Source: Nemertoderma westbladi
Taxonomy: Eukaryota > Animalia > Xenacoelomorpha
Direction: 5' to 3'
Assembly (NCBI GenBank): GCA_032718475.1
Contig: JAUCBJ010003693.1
Coordinates: forward strand, 1 to 35,962
Length of the DNA stretch: 35,962 nt
This document shows, piece after piece, positions 11,660 to 23,232 of this stretch. How positions within the stretch are numbered: the first letter of the stretch is position 1; each line of letters starts with the position of its first letter. A model generated the notes under the pieces. That model worked only from the letters and a program-made list of their open reading frames with translations, was not told the origin of the DNA and searched no databases. The translations under genes and the position numbers were made by a program.

Positions 11660-11819
11660 ATGGACATGTTATGAAGGTGGATCAAAATGGATACATTTGT
11701 TCTGGTTATCCTAAACCAACCGAGGATGAATTTCCTGACTCTCCTAATCCTGTAACAGCAGCCTATAATAGCAAGTGTGATCACGTCCTCCAAGCTAATG
11801 GACAAGCGAAAGCGTCAGA
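11660..11819 (+). CDS. Hemopexin-like copy 1, exon b (GHVMKVDQNGYICSGYPKPTEDEFPDSPNPVTAAYNSKCDHVLQANGQAKAS)
   Basis: TAG| acceptor and |GTGAGT donor; phases 1/2 fit the neighbours; GYPK...FP..P..V.AA hemopexin signature; 160 nt, same length as paralog 31045-31204. Confidence 0.9.
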
Positions 11820-12818
11820 GTGAGTTCCAGTAGACTTGCATGTTTTTTTTATTTTTAATTTTATAAAAATATTATTAATTAATAGTTATTACAAAAATCT
11901 TCTGAAAACAATACTCAATATTTATATAATGTATTTATTACACATTAAATAATAGTATTATATTTTCATGAAATACTTAATTTTTACATCCTTAACTTAC
12001 CTTTATTCATCTCAAAATTGTGTGTCACAAACTCCCCGCTAGAATTGCTGTCATTATCCTTTCTCGCTCCTTTATCCTTTCTCAATGGCATAGTGACATA
12101 AAAACCGAAATTGTGACTAGAGTGACGAAATTACCAAAAATTTGTGTGATTATTAAATTTGTGGGATGAGAGAAATCCTATGCTCCAAAAATCTGGCCAT
12201 ATTAACACTTTCTTTTCAACTTCATGTTTCTTTCCTTAGCAAGAAGAATTTTACATAGCAACAATGTTAACTATTGGTGAGATTTTCCCAAAATTTGTGA
12301 AAACAAACTTTAGACCGTTTCATATTTAATTATTTATTTATATATATTTATTTACACGATAATCACATAATAAAAGAATATAAAACAATGTGAACAATAC
12401 ACACAATTATAGCTGCGTTGGACCTATTGGTAGTTTTCACTAACTTATCTAACTTGGTATGATTGACCAATACATAATGAAACCATTGCATTGTAACTGA
12501 TTCTTTTGTCACTAACTGCTTCCGGTCCACTGCAATCGGCAAGCTGCAATGCAGTATGCATTAATAATGCCTTACCAGCTTATCAACACAATTGTGCAAG
12601 TTAGTGCAGTTAATGAGTTTTTTAGTAGATCTCATGATTATGATTTTGGCTTAGGCCTATATTGTTGTACAGACTAACGTGATTATTATTATACTGCCAG
12701 ACTGTGACATTTTTATTTATTTATTATAGGACTCTGCGGGCGGGCGGGCCTTTGGACCGTATCATATGTTTGTTCATGTAGTAAATTAGCAATTGCATAA
12801 AATTCTGTTTACTTTCAG

Positions 12819-13030
12819 TACGATAATACTGGCTGGTAATGACGGCTTAACAAAAGTATATGATTCTAAGAAAACTCTAATAAATACTGGGGATGTTCAT
12901 TCTTTATTAAATAAATTAGAACTAGATGCTACAGGAATCAAGGCTGCTGCATATTACCATGACTCAACATCTGTGATGCATGAAGGCGACAGTGTACGGC
13001 GTAATGTTATTTCATTATGTGTGAACGCAG
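12819..13030 (+). CDS. Hemopexin-like copy 1, exon c (TIILAGNDGLTKVYDSKK...GIKAAAYYHD...SLCVNA)
   Basis: TTTCAG| acceptor and G|GTATGT donor; phases 2/1; paralogous to 34397-34614. Confidence 0.9.
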
Positions 13031-13189
13031 GTATGTCATAAGTAATATATTATTATTTATTATATGTTATAATATTATTTGAAAATATTACCTGTCTAGA
13101 TTTGTAAGTTTATTATAGTTTATTAAATTTTAAATTATCATTGGTTAACGTTAACCTAGGGTTATATTTTAACTACATCTTAAATTCAG

Positions 13190-13326
13190 GTTCGAAAATT
13201 CAAATTGCATTGATCCAAGTTGAACCAGTTACAGAAGCAATAGGTGTTTTCGATGTAAATGAGTTATTTCCAGTTGAAAGTGGCCGCTTCAAACTACCTG
13301 ACGATGTTGATGCAATGTTATTTCGA
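13190..13326 (+). CDS. Hemopexin-like copy 1, exon d (SKIQIALIQVEP...LPDDVDAMLFR)
   Basis: TTCAG| acceptor and |GTAAGA donor; phases 1/0; 137 nt, same length as paralog 35691-35827; LP..VDA blade motif. Confidence 0.9.
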
Positions 13327-13572
13327 GTAAGATTCACAACTCATATTAATTACGTCACAACATTATTATGAACAAATTTTTACAGTTTATCCTCTTAACA
13401 TTAAAATAAAAATTAACAGCAAATAAATACTTGCTTATTTAAATATTAAGATTATTAAAAAAAACATTTTCCAGACCCATAGTTTTAATAATAATACATA
13501 ATAATACTGCCATAATACATAATTATCCATGCACATCGACATATTATATATATGTGTTATTTGTCTTTGCAG

Positions 13573-13684
13573 GATGATAATACATTGGTTGTGTTCAGAA
13601 AGAAGCATTACTATGTTTATAATCGCGCAAAAAAACAAGTAACACACAGATCTCTAATAAAGAACCGTTACGGACGAAGTATAG
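13573..13684 (+). CDS. Hemopexin-like copy 1, exon e (DDNTLVVFRKKHYYVYNRAKKQVTHRSLIKNRYGRSI)
   Basis: TTTGCAG| acceptor and AG|GTATT donor; phases 0/1; VFR...YYVY fits the strands of blade 4. Confidence 0.85.
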
Positions 13685-14009
13685 GTATTATATTTATATT
13701 TATTTTTTGATGTTGTTGATACGATGATTACGATAATAATAAAATAAGATACGATAGAGGATACGATAAGAATACGATAGATTGTTTTGTTCAGAAGAGG
13801 AAAACATGTCCAACAAACCCGTATTGTCAAAAATATAATGGCAATAAAATAATATTAAGATATTATTTACTATAACTTTCATCGACATCAGTTATTACAG
13901 AAAATTGTTATTATTATCTATTGGGATAACAATCTAAATATCGTAACATTTAAATGTATGTAAATAAAAATGCAAATAAATGACTCTATCAGCATATTAT
14001 GCTGATAAG

Positions 14010-14128
14010 GTATACCGCCTCCTACTACAATGCAGAATGGTTTCTGTATCGGGACAATTTCCGATGATTCCGATGACAAAGAAAATCGGTCTTTACCTAT
14101 TGAAGACGACATAGAATGTGAAAAGTAA
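14010..14128 (+). CDS. Candidate terminal exon (GIPPPTTMQNGFCIGTISDDSDDKENRSLPIEDDIECEK*)
   Basis: Phase-1 compatible with exon e, open to TAA, AATAAA about 50 nt downstream; the acceptor (GATAAG|) is weak. Confidence 0.4.
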
Positions 14129-14399
14129 TATCATAATGATTCATAATATCGGTAAAGTATAGCAAAACCTATAAAATAAAAGAAAATGGGTACCAGCCGC
14201 GGCACTCAAGGATCCTGAAAGATCCATATAATCCTAAATAAACGCCATAATCCGAGTAACAAACAAGATGAAAATAATTTGTATATATACTCAGAGAAAA
14301 CCCAAACGTACATATAAATAAATAAATTAGAGTTAGAAAAATATGTCGACTACATAATATATAACAAATCGAAATCTAAATACAATAAATACTAAATCT

Positions 14400-15415
14400 C
14401 CAACACTTCTAACAGTTCGTATATGTATTGCATAATGGTATGTATTGGATCACTAGACAAGACCGCGGAGGGGGACGAGTAATCTAGAGAGTATTTATTC
14501 CTAACGCCCACAACAAAGGGGCATGAACAAATAACATGTGATTCTGATTGGGGCGAGCCACACTTGCATAAGCATCGTTCATACGGAACTCGGTTCCATC
14601 TCCCTATCTCAACACTGAGATTCGTCGACAGAAGGGAGAACCTGGGTCCATGCTTTGTGGTGTGCTTCCCGGATATCCTGCTGTGGCCGAGTATAAATAG
14701 TTGGCGTCACAAGTGAAGGATTAAAGGATATGTAAACCATATTACGGGTTGAGCTGTTTATGAGCACTCTGTTGCGCAGTTCGGACAGTTTTGTGTGAGC
14801 CGGGTCATCTGGTCTGTTTAAAAGGCCTGAGATGACCCTGCCCATAGGGGTCCCAGCTTCGCAGACTAGCTCGATCACGAAAACTGCAGGTCTGTGCAAG
14901 TTCCTCCTAGTCATGAGTTTCCGCAAAACATTTCGTTGACTAGTCAGAAACATTGCAGCAGGCTCAGGTTCACCCGATTCAATATACAAAATATCTATAC
15001 AAATGTTATTGCGCACCCCTAAAGCAGCACTCAATAGATTATTGTAGTGTACAACAATTGTGGAAGAGGAGTTACCGATCCACGTATCGCACCCGTAGCA
15101 AATTGAGGCTACCAATGCGGCACAGAAAACTTTCAGTTTCAGGAAAACAGGTGTCTCGGAGTGCTTCGATAGAAAAGCAAAATACTTATTAACATGTTTA
15201 ATTTTATCCCTCATATGTACAGCAATTACAGAGTTCATTGACCCGTCTTGGGCAATTGGTGACCCAAGGTAAATATATGAGTCACAATTCTCGATTGAAA
15301 GGCACCCGTATACATTGTTATTAACATATATATCATGTTTCTCATCAGGAGTGATTTTCCCAATAACCATAAATTTGGTTTTCTTACGGTTTATAATCAT
15401 TCCCGACTTTGAGCA
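14400..15415 (-). mobile_element. 3' fragment of a non-LTR retrotransposon ORF2 (RT C-terminus + Cys/His knuckle)
   Basis: ORF 14609-15400 (NRKKTKFMVI, YIYLGS, ICYGCDTW), then EIGRWNRVPYERCLCKCGSPQSESHVICSCP in a shifted frame. Confidence 0.85.
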
Positions 15416-15416
15416 C

Positions 15417-16365
15417 TATTACTAGGATCGGCATGCTGCATTACAGCTGCATTTTTAAGAATGCTGTGCCGGTTTGTCAACAAAATTGCACCGCCACAAC
15501 TCCATATCACCCATGACATTTGCTAGATCATCCGCATATTCAAGGCCAGTGTCCTTTAAGATGCATCTCAAGAAAGTCATGGGCTGTCCACCATGCTTAT
15601 TCACTCCATGAGGCTGCCAAAGCACAAGATTATGCACTGGCTGGTCCTCACGGCGAAAGCAATGTCCTGCAAAGCGGAGGCGATTTTGTTCTAGTGTCAA
15701 GCTTGGGGGAACCAATGAGACACCTCCAATGTTATATAGTGTCTGGTTGGAGATGTGTGCATTGTACTTGACACAATGAACCCGGCGTAGCATTCTTGTG
15801 AATGTGCCATCCAGAGATTTGGTGTCCTCAGCAGTTAGAGCCCAGCATGGACTCCCGTAGAGGAGTACTGGAACTACTGCAGCTCTAAAAAATCGGACCT
15901 TAAGTTTCCGATTAATTCTCGATGACTTCCAAATCCTGGAAAGCCTATTCAAGGCTGCCCATGCCTTTCCCTTACGTATTCGAAGGTCCTCACCTGACTT
16001 CCGGATCCATGATCCCAGGTAACAGAAGTCGTCCACATACTCAAGCATACCATCCTTTGAGCTTATGCTCATCCGATCAGAGACTTGCTGAGGACTTTCA
16101 AAGTTAACTGTCAAAATTTTGGTCTTTCTGGAGTTAATAAAAAGACCAACACTAGAAGCAGCATGTTCTAATGAGCTGAGGAGCCGTTGGGCTCCCTCTA
16201 GTGATTCTGAGAGTACTCCTAAGTCATCAGCAAAGTCTAGATCAGTTAGGTACTTGGCAGGATTTCCTAGACTTCTGGAGCCAGTAGGTGGAGTTATTAT
16301 CACCCCATCATCATTGTGATGATCTAAGGACATGCATAGAACATAGTCAACCACAATAATGAAGC
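15417..16365 (-). mobile_element. 5'-truncated RTE-like non-LTR retrotransposon
   Basis: FIIVVDYVL...LTDLDFADDL...FCYLGS...LLYGS...RLRFAGHCFR in ORF 15455-16408; short 3' UTR. Confidence 0.85.
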
Positions 16366-16549
16366 CATCATCAGGGTACTTGTAACGCACGACACAATAC
16401 AACAGCAAAAACTATAACTATAATTTATAATTTAATTTATATATTCCTTTAATAACTATAGTAAGTACAGTACAAATGTGTAGGCCTACCTATGGTACAG
16501 TAAGCCTAAAACATGCCGGGTAATGCAATAATGCAATAATAATCTGCAA

Positions 16550-17020
16550 ACAATACCGCAGTTGTTACCGGGGTATGCACAGTACAATAATAGCTGGCAT
16601 CTCATTGGACCAACTGGCCACTGAAATATTAAACGCTATTGCATACAGTAGAAATAACACAGTGAAAAATACCTGCATTGTGAAAATTTTTTTAGAATTA
16701 ATCCACTATCACACATTGTTAAACATAATACATTAAAATTAATACAATGATATCGATTTCTAACTGGGGACTCCAATCCAATGATAAACATTATTAAACA
16801 TAATATATTGCACATTAATCGAATAATATACATTATTGAACTGTTTCTTCATTAAACTGTTAAAATATTAAACATTAGATATTAATACAATATCAAGCAT
16901 TATAAATGGTAGTGGAACTTGAAAAAAAGTTACAGACTACCCTCAGGCCTGCAGCCCTCGGGTGGTATCCTCTCCGCCGGCTACATAACCGTTCCGGGAA
17001 ATAACTACTAATGCGGTAAT
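16550..17020. mobile_element. Degenerate non-autonomous element with imperfect inverted repeats (possibly Crypton-type)
   Basis: ATACCGCAGTTGTTACCGGGG (~16553) is loosely inverted against CCGGGAAATAACTACTAATGCGGTAAT (~16994); GC-rich TACCCTCAGGCCTGCAGCCCTCGGGTGGTA at ~16938. Confidence 0.3.
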
Positions 17021-17208
17021 AATATACGATATTAAAACATTAACCATTAGATTAATTCACATTTAAGTATCACATTGAATATTAGTGTAGTAATGTAAAT
17101 ACTAAACGTATAAATGCGCTAAATTATAAAACATATAAAAACCGTAAAGGTGATTTTAAGGTTAACAAATAAGTAACATCAATAAGTAACAATAAGTAAG
17201 TATAAAAC

Positions 17209-18668
17209 ATTGAAAAAAAACATATTCAGTTTACTTCAACATTGATCATATGCACTGCACATACCTTAGTTCCTCATTACGTAGTAGAGGTCTATGACCA
17301 CCAGTACAGTTAATAAAATAACCATCGCAACGGGTATGTTACATTATTTATGGACTTGCACTTTCTTATTTTTTCTTATTTTCATATTTAGAAGATAATA
17401 ATTTTCTTGATTTGAAAAATATCGCTAAAAATATAGCTATCTCTTAAATGGAAATAATTACTAATGACCATAGCAACGGGAGATTTCCCTCTTATACACA
17501 AATTGCTAGGTGGAATTTCTCCAAATTTTGTGCCAAATCTCCAAATATTATGGACAAAAATTTCAAAATTAATTTATGTTTACTTACTATACTTGCATAG
17601 CAACAAAGGTTTTCCATAGCAACCATAAAGTTTTTAAGCTAAGCAAAAACAAGTTTAATGCATCAGTATAAAGCTCACAACGATAGGTTTTGTAACAAAG
17701 AATTGACCATAGCAACCTGGATCATATCGTAGCAACAGAGCATTAACAAGTTCATTGCAATAACAAGTTTTTTCTTAAGAGTGTTACATATGAGAGGCAA
17801 TACACCCTTAGCAACAGCGAATTTTGCAAGCTATGAGGAATTTTAGCAAATGCACCACTGCAGCATCATCAATAACTTAGACATAATATGTGTTAGGGAC
17901 GTATCTCTCAGTATTCTGCACTAACAAATTGACCAAATCAGATTTCTTTCCTAGACGCACATAAATATTTCTTTACAACATCAGATAGTGAAGATGGAAA
18001 TATGGTGGAATAAATCGCTGTTGCTAAGGATGCATTGCCTCTCATATGAAACACTCTACAAAAAAACTTGTTATTGCTGTCAAAAACGCTCTGTTGCTAA
18101 GATATGATCCAGGTTGCTATGGTAAATTCGTCATTGCTATGTAAAACGTGCTGTTGCTATGCAAAACCTGCTGTTGCTATGGAAAGCTTTATATTGATGC
18201 AGGAAACTTGTTTTTGCTTAGAATACCATGAAAAACTGTATGGTTGCTATGGAAAACCTTTTTGCTATGCAAGAATAGTAAGTAAATATAAATTAATTTT
18301 GAAATGTTTGTCCATATGTTTCTATATACTGCAGTGTTCATATTTCACAAAATTTGGAGAAATTCCAGCTAGCAATTAGTGTATAAGAGGGAAATCTCAT
18401 GTTGCTATGGTCATTAGTAATAGTTTCGATTTAAAAAATAGCTATGATAGAATAGACCCCAGATATATATTTTTCAAATAAAGAAAATTACTACCTTCTA
18501 AATATGAAAATAAGAAAAAATAAGAAAGCGCAAGTAGATAAATAATACCCGTTGCTATGGTAACTATTATGACTGTGCTAGTGGTCATAGACCTCTACTA
18601 TGTGATAAGGAACTAAGGTAATTGCATATGATCAAAGTTGAAGTAAGCTGAACATGTTTTTTTTCAAT
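17209..18668. repeat. Long foldback inverted repeat (arms ~610-650 bp, spacer ~190 bp)
   Basis: 17209-~17823 is the reverse complement of ~18012-18668, e.g. GTAGAGGTCTATGACCAC / GTGGTCATAGACCTCTAC and CATATGAGAGGCAAT / ATTGCCTCTCATATG. Confidence 0.92.
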
Positions 18669-18689
18669 ATTTAATCCACATTCCAAATG

Positions 18690-20090
18690 TTATCGGTTAC
18701 CTTGGCAACATAGGCAAACATGAATGGTTGGAAAGTACTTGTCTGGACTTGGTAACATGTAAGACACTAGATCCAGAATGTAATTTTTTTTAATAGTTCA
18801 GAACTATATTAAATTTGGCAGAATATATTTAGTGACTTGTGACCATTGTTACAGGACTACCACAGGTCCATTTAAATTGGTGAACTACTAGAAATCAAGA
18901 GGGTCTCAGGGACAATATATTTATAATGTTAGAAGATTTTTCCAAATGGAGAACAATTATTAATCAATGGTTTTATATTTTTCTGATATTTACTGCAAAT
19001 CGACATTTGAAACTCGTTTTTTAAACAGTTGCCATGATAACCATGTTTTAAAATTGACGTCTATTGAATTTCTGGTGCTGTGGGGTGTGTATATGTGGGA
19101 GGTGTGTATATGTGGGAGGTGTATGTGTTGTGTATATGTGGTGAGTAGGTCAAGGTTAGAAGACTAGGTTTACTGGAAAGTGGACTTTTATAAATGACAT
19201 CCTGTTCTCATGGTAATATGGGACCGATAAATCATATTGCAAAGTTGGTTACCCTTAAATAATGAAAGGTATGCTAATTACCTACATTTGTGCCAATTAT
19301 GGGAAGTTTGTCCAGAGCGTCCACATCAACCTTTGTGAGGTTAAGCGACCTGACTATATAATTCACTGCTGTGTTTACTTAAAAACAGTGAGGCCTCTTA
19401 ACTACGCTATGCAACCATCATGGAACCCCGGAGTGAAGTTCCTGGCTTAATCTCTGGCTGCCACAGCTAGCATCAGCTGCTGTGTACCTCCCCAACTGGA
19501 AGAAGGGTCAACCCATGGCACTCGATATCACTGTCATCTCCCCTCTCCCGTCCCGAACTCTGTCCCATGCTGCCACTACGCCTGGACTTGCCCTCACTGT
19601 CGCCTGGGAGCATAAGATAGTGGCCCATGCCGAAGCGTGTCACAGCTCCCGGGTCGGGTTCACCCCTCTCTTGGTGGCTGGGACCTGCCCTCCAGCGCTA
19701 TCTTGTGAGAGATTGCTTGTCTACCGAGCCTCCTGCGCTGCAGCATACCCACATCAGATACAGTCAGGCATCTGTTCCAACGCCTATCTGTTTGTCTGTG
19801 TCGTGGGAATGATGCAATGTAGCTCAGCAGAAGCCGTCTTATTCGCTTCTTCTGTGGATGGCATCCGGTGAATAGTTAGGCCATTCAGGCTCTCCTCTCG
19901 GGGTTCATTCCACGGAGGCGGTTGTCACGTTCGTTTCCGCTCTCTTTGTTTATTCTTTCTTATATATGTTCTTTGAAATTTATTCTATTTAATAAAATGA
20001 TATATAATAATAAAAAAAATCATGGAACTAATAAGATGAGTCAAAGTGTGTTTAATTTTCCTTAGTTTCCTGGTTACATTGCCTTTCAAG
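18690..20090 (+). mobile_element. Second, decayed member of the Helentron-like family (3' end at 20090; 5' boundary uncertain)
   Basis: 19396-19426 plus 20029-20090 is the reverse complement of 891-985 (GATGAGTCAAAGTGTGTTTAATTTTCCTTAG...GCCTTTC.AG|T); same GTT.CCATGG.AAC-type motifs upstream. Confidence 0.6.
19427..20018 (+). mobile_element. 5'-truncated CRE-like (restriction-like endonuclease) non-LTR retrotransposon with 10-bp TSD
   Basis: VYLPNWKKGQPMALDITVISPL...EHKIVAHAEAC...FTPL is a typical RLE C-terminus; A-rich tail; TSD ATCATGGAAC at 19417-19426 and 20019-20028. Confidence 0.85.
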
Positions 20091-20114
20091 TATAAAATGC
20101 TATATATTTTTTAG

Positions 20115-20198
20115 ATATCAATCCTGAAATCTTCCACAGCAACATTGATTCCATATGCCATGCTCACAGTGGGGAAGATCATCTGTACCTATTCAAAG
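20115..20198 (+). CDS. Hemopexin-like domain copy 2, exon a (INPEIFHSNIDSICHAHSGEDHLYLFK)
   Basis: TTTTTTAG| acceptor and AAAG|GTTTGT donor (same donor as 9560); FH..ID.ICH...LYLFK shared with copy 1. Confidence 0.88.
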
Positions 20199-20824
20199 GT
20201 TTGTGATACTCTATTAATAATAAACAAGTATGGTTTGTTCATAGTATGTGAGTGAATATATGTTTCATATTTCATTGGCTGGACCCCACCCCTTCAAATA
20301 TGTCAACAATTATTAATGAGATTTCATGAAATTGAGATTTGAGAAAATCCCGCATTTAGTAAATAAATATTTTGGGTAGATAACATTTTTGTCATCAATA
20401 ATCCGATTGAAGCCCAACTTTCATTATTGAGGATTTTCCTAAAAGAGACCATTACACCGGCAGATCATGACTTTATATGTAAAAGCAATATATTAGATCC
20501 CTCTGGGGTGTGTTCCTGAACTTTTTACTCCTATTATTACAATTGGAACAGCCCCAGTTTCAAGTTGTAAAGTGTGCATCAACATCAATTTATAAATTCT
20601 TGGTTGTATTTTAATATATTTAGAAAACAATTCCGCAATTACAATGGGTGTATTACTTTATACATGTATTATTAACTTACAGCCAAAAATTTATTCAATA
20701 TATTCCTGAACTCAATAGACAGTAGATACTTTGGTCATGATATCACTCCAGTGGATTATTCAGACTTATTGTTAATAGGTAGACCCCAGGGGTTCTTCGT
20801 ACATATTATATATTGTAATAACTA

Positions 20825-21400
20825 TTTACATATTTGTATGTAATGTAGCACTTTACAGTGTGGTGATATGAGTGCTTTGTTCCACGAACAAACGTAGTGA
20901 GTGAGTGGAAATATAGCCACGAGGATCAGAACACTGTAAAGTACTTTGCAACATGTATGTACGTAGTTTTATTCCAAAATTGTAACATTACGAAATGATT
21001 GTATATATATTATAAGTGATAGAAACTGCACAAATTAAATTAGTTCCTGTATAAATAAATGTAAAAATGACATAAATTATATTATAAAAAAGTTAGCTTA
21101 TATTTATGGTGGCGTTTGGAGTCATGTTAATAGTTTATAGCTACTGGTTATTAATAGCTACCGGTAGGTAATGCAGTATTATTAGTAATAATAAATACCA
21201 ACTATTGTTTATTAGGTAACCATGACGGCGTGACTGTACAGTCACGCTGTCAGGACATTACATAATAATAATACACCAATACAGTACTAATTGTACAGGC
21301 CAATACAATACTGTAATGTCCCTGTAATGTTGTAAAGTGCTAAATAACAACTCGCTGTTAATACTAATGGCATTGAGTAATGTTACAATTTTGGAATAAA
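20825..21400. mobile_element. Non-autonomous element with nested inverted repeats and a central palindrome (Crypton-like architecture, tentative)
   Basis: 12-bp IR at 20850-20861/20931-20942; perfect 24-bp IR at 20968-20991/21377-21400; 30-bp near-perfect palindrome at 21223-21252. Confidence 0.55.
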
Positions 21401-21835
21401 GAGTATTGCCTCGCCCTCGAGGGTTGAAATTGTGAAATACAATAAAGAGATGGTTTTGGTTTTATGTATGATGTTGTTGGTGAATGATGCCACTGTCATT
21501 CTTTTTCCTCAATGTTTAAGTTCCATATAAGTGTTATTGCTATTGATGACTAATTTCTAGAATACCTTAATATAATCACCAGTATAATTGAATTTGCTAC
21601 TACCCCTAACTGTATAGTGGATGGTCTCTGATTTCCAGATTCTCTTCTTCATAAATTATCTGATTTCCAGAATTGAATGTAGAATACGAATATAATATTA
21701 TCAGTTCTAACTGATAATATAAGGAAATAGATACTGGATAGTTATAACTGAAATATTATTACTAATATTATTACTGAAATACTGAAACTGCAAGAACTGC
21801 AAATTACTGCACTGTCAGACTGTGAACTGTTGCGT

Positions 21836-23217
21836 ATGCCTACCATTAACCCTGGTGGGGGCGTTCCTGCTAACCCCATACTGCAGGGTGTGCTTTCCAC
21901 ACCTTGGAATGATATTGAGAATGAAGCGGCTATGGATACTGCATCCTCCCAGTCGCAAATGGGACCGGCCCGTGGACAGTTAACTATCGCTAGTGTCGGT
22001 AACGGTATTTCTACTGCTGCTACTCTAGTTCAATGTACATCGTCACAGACAGATGAAGTCTCAGTAGAAGTTTTGGTGAAGAATTTCCTCGCTGAGGAGA
22101 TATATTCAGCTAAACTTTTGTTATTTTGTTTTATTGGTTGCGATTCCGAATGCATTAATCGGAAGGATACGCGGAAGGATACGAAGGACAGATCCGCTGC
22201 AGTTGCTAATACGCGGGATTTGCTAGAAAAATACCACGAACTAGATGTCTCAGGTAAATTACCAATTATCGTTGTAGAGGCGTTGGAGGTTCTACAGTTA
22301 CCTACTGTAGCGGTTTACCTACCGGTAACGGTAAGTCTTCTCTATCTAATGATATCGATATCACAGAGAGAATTGCCACGGTCGATAGGAAATTGGACGA
22401 CCTTCAGAAATCTCTGATTGATCGATTTAAGAAAATGGAGTCTCAGATTCAGACTCAGGCGAACCCGGCACCGGTACTCGGCACATCGCATCATAATGCA
22501 GGTATCCCTCCTCCTTCGCTACTGCCGCTAGGTTCGCGCTCGCCATTGGCTATGAACCCTCCATTGGCCAATCGTTCTTTTCGCGAAGTTGTATCCGGTA
22601 CAGGTACTACATCCAGCCGTGTTTCACCGAGACTTGCAAGGAGATCTTTACCAGACTGGGGCGGTATCCGCGGTGGATCACCTTTTCAAGGGGAAGTTTC
22701 CGCTACCGGTACTGATGGAAGCAATCGGGGGAGGGAGCCAGGCAGTGCTAAACGTCCGAGACACTCACCATCTGCTATGGAGACAGTAGGTGCTGCATCG
22801 CAGTCGTATCCACAGGTCGACGAAGATGGGTTTCAATTCCCCAAGCCGCGTCGTTCTCGTCCTAAATTTATCGTTGGGATAGGAAGATCCGGGACCTCTC
22901 AGAGTAATGGATCTACTAGTAAATCGTTCAAGTCAAAAGCTGCCCCAGCCGAAGTCTTTATATTCAGGATGGATATAGCAACTACTCCACAAGATATTGT
23001 AGATGATTTAGCCGCCAGCAACATTATCACTCCGCTGAAATGCGTTACGAAGATATCGAATGCGGACTCCAAGAATGCTAGCTTCAGGGTTTCTATCCCC
23101 AGCAATCTCATTGAGTCTGCTCTAGATCCGGCTGTCTGGCCTCCAGGGGCCTGTGTTCGTAAGTGGATCTACTATTCAAAGAGGAGGAATGAAGATGCCT
23201 ATGGACCCGCTCGGTAA
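21836..23217 (+). CDS. LINE-B ORF1 (coiled coil + C-terminal RNA-binding-like region) with one -1 frameshift near 22310
   Basis: ATG at 21836; LPIIVVEALEVLQLP continues in the -1 frame as GLPTGNGK...ERIATVDRKLDDLQKSL...; ends VFIFRM...SFRVSI...WPPGACVRKW. Confidence 0.8.
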
Positions 23218-23232
23218 ACCGAAACTTGCACA

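Noticed and set aside
12793-13371. ORF-track calls 12793-13041 and 13141-13371 (also 31002-31280, 34356-34640) as stand-alone genes
   Set aside because: They are internal exons extended into introns; splice sites and paralog alignment define shorter boundaries.
13794-13838. Alternative small exon after TTCAG (EENMSNKPVLSKI*)
   Set aside because: Phase-compatible but very short, with no supporting homology.
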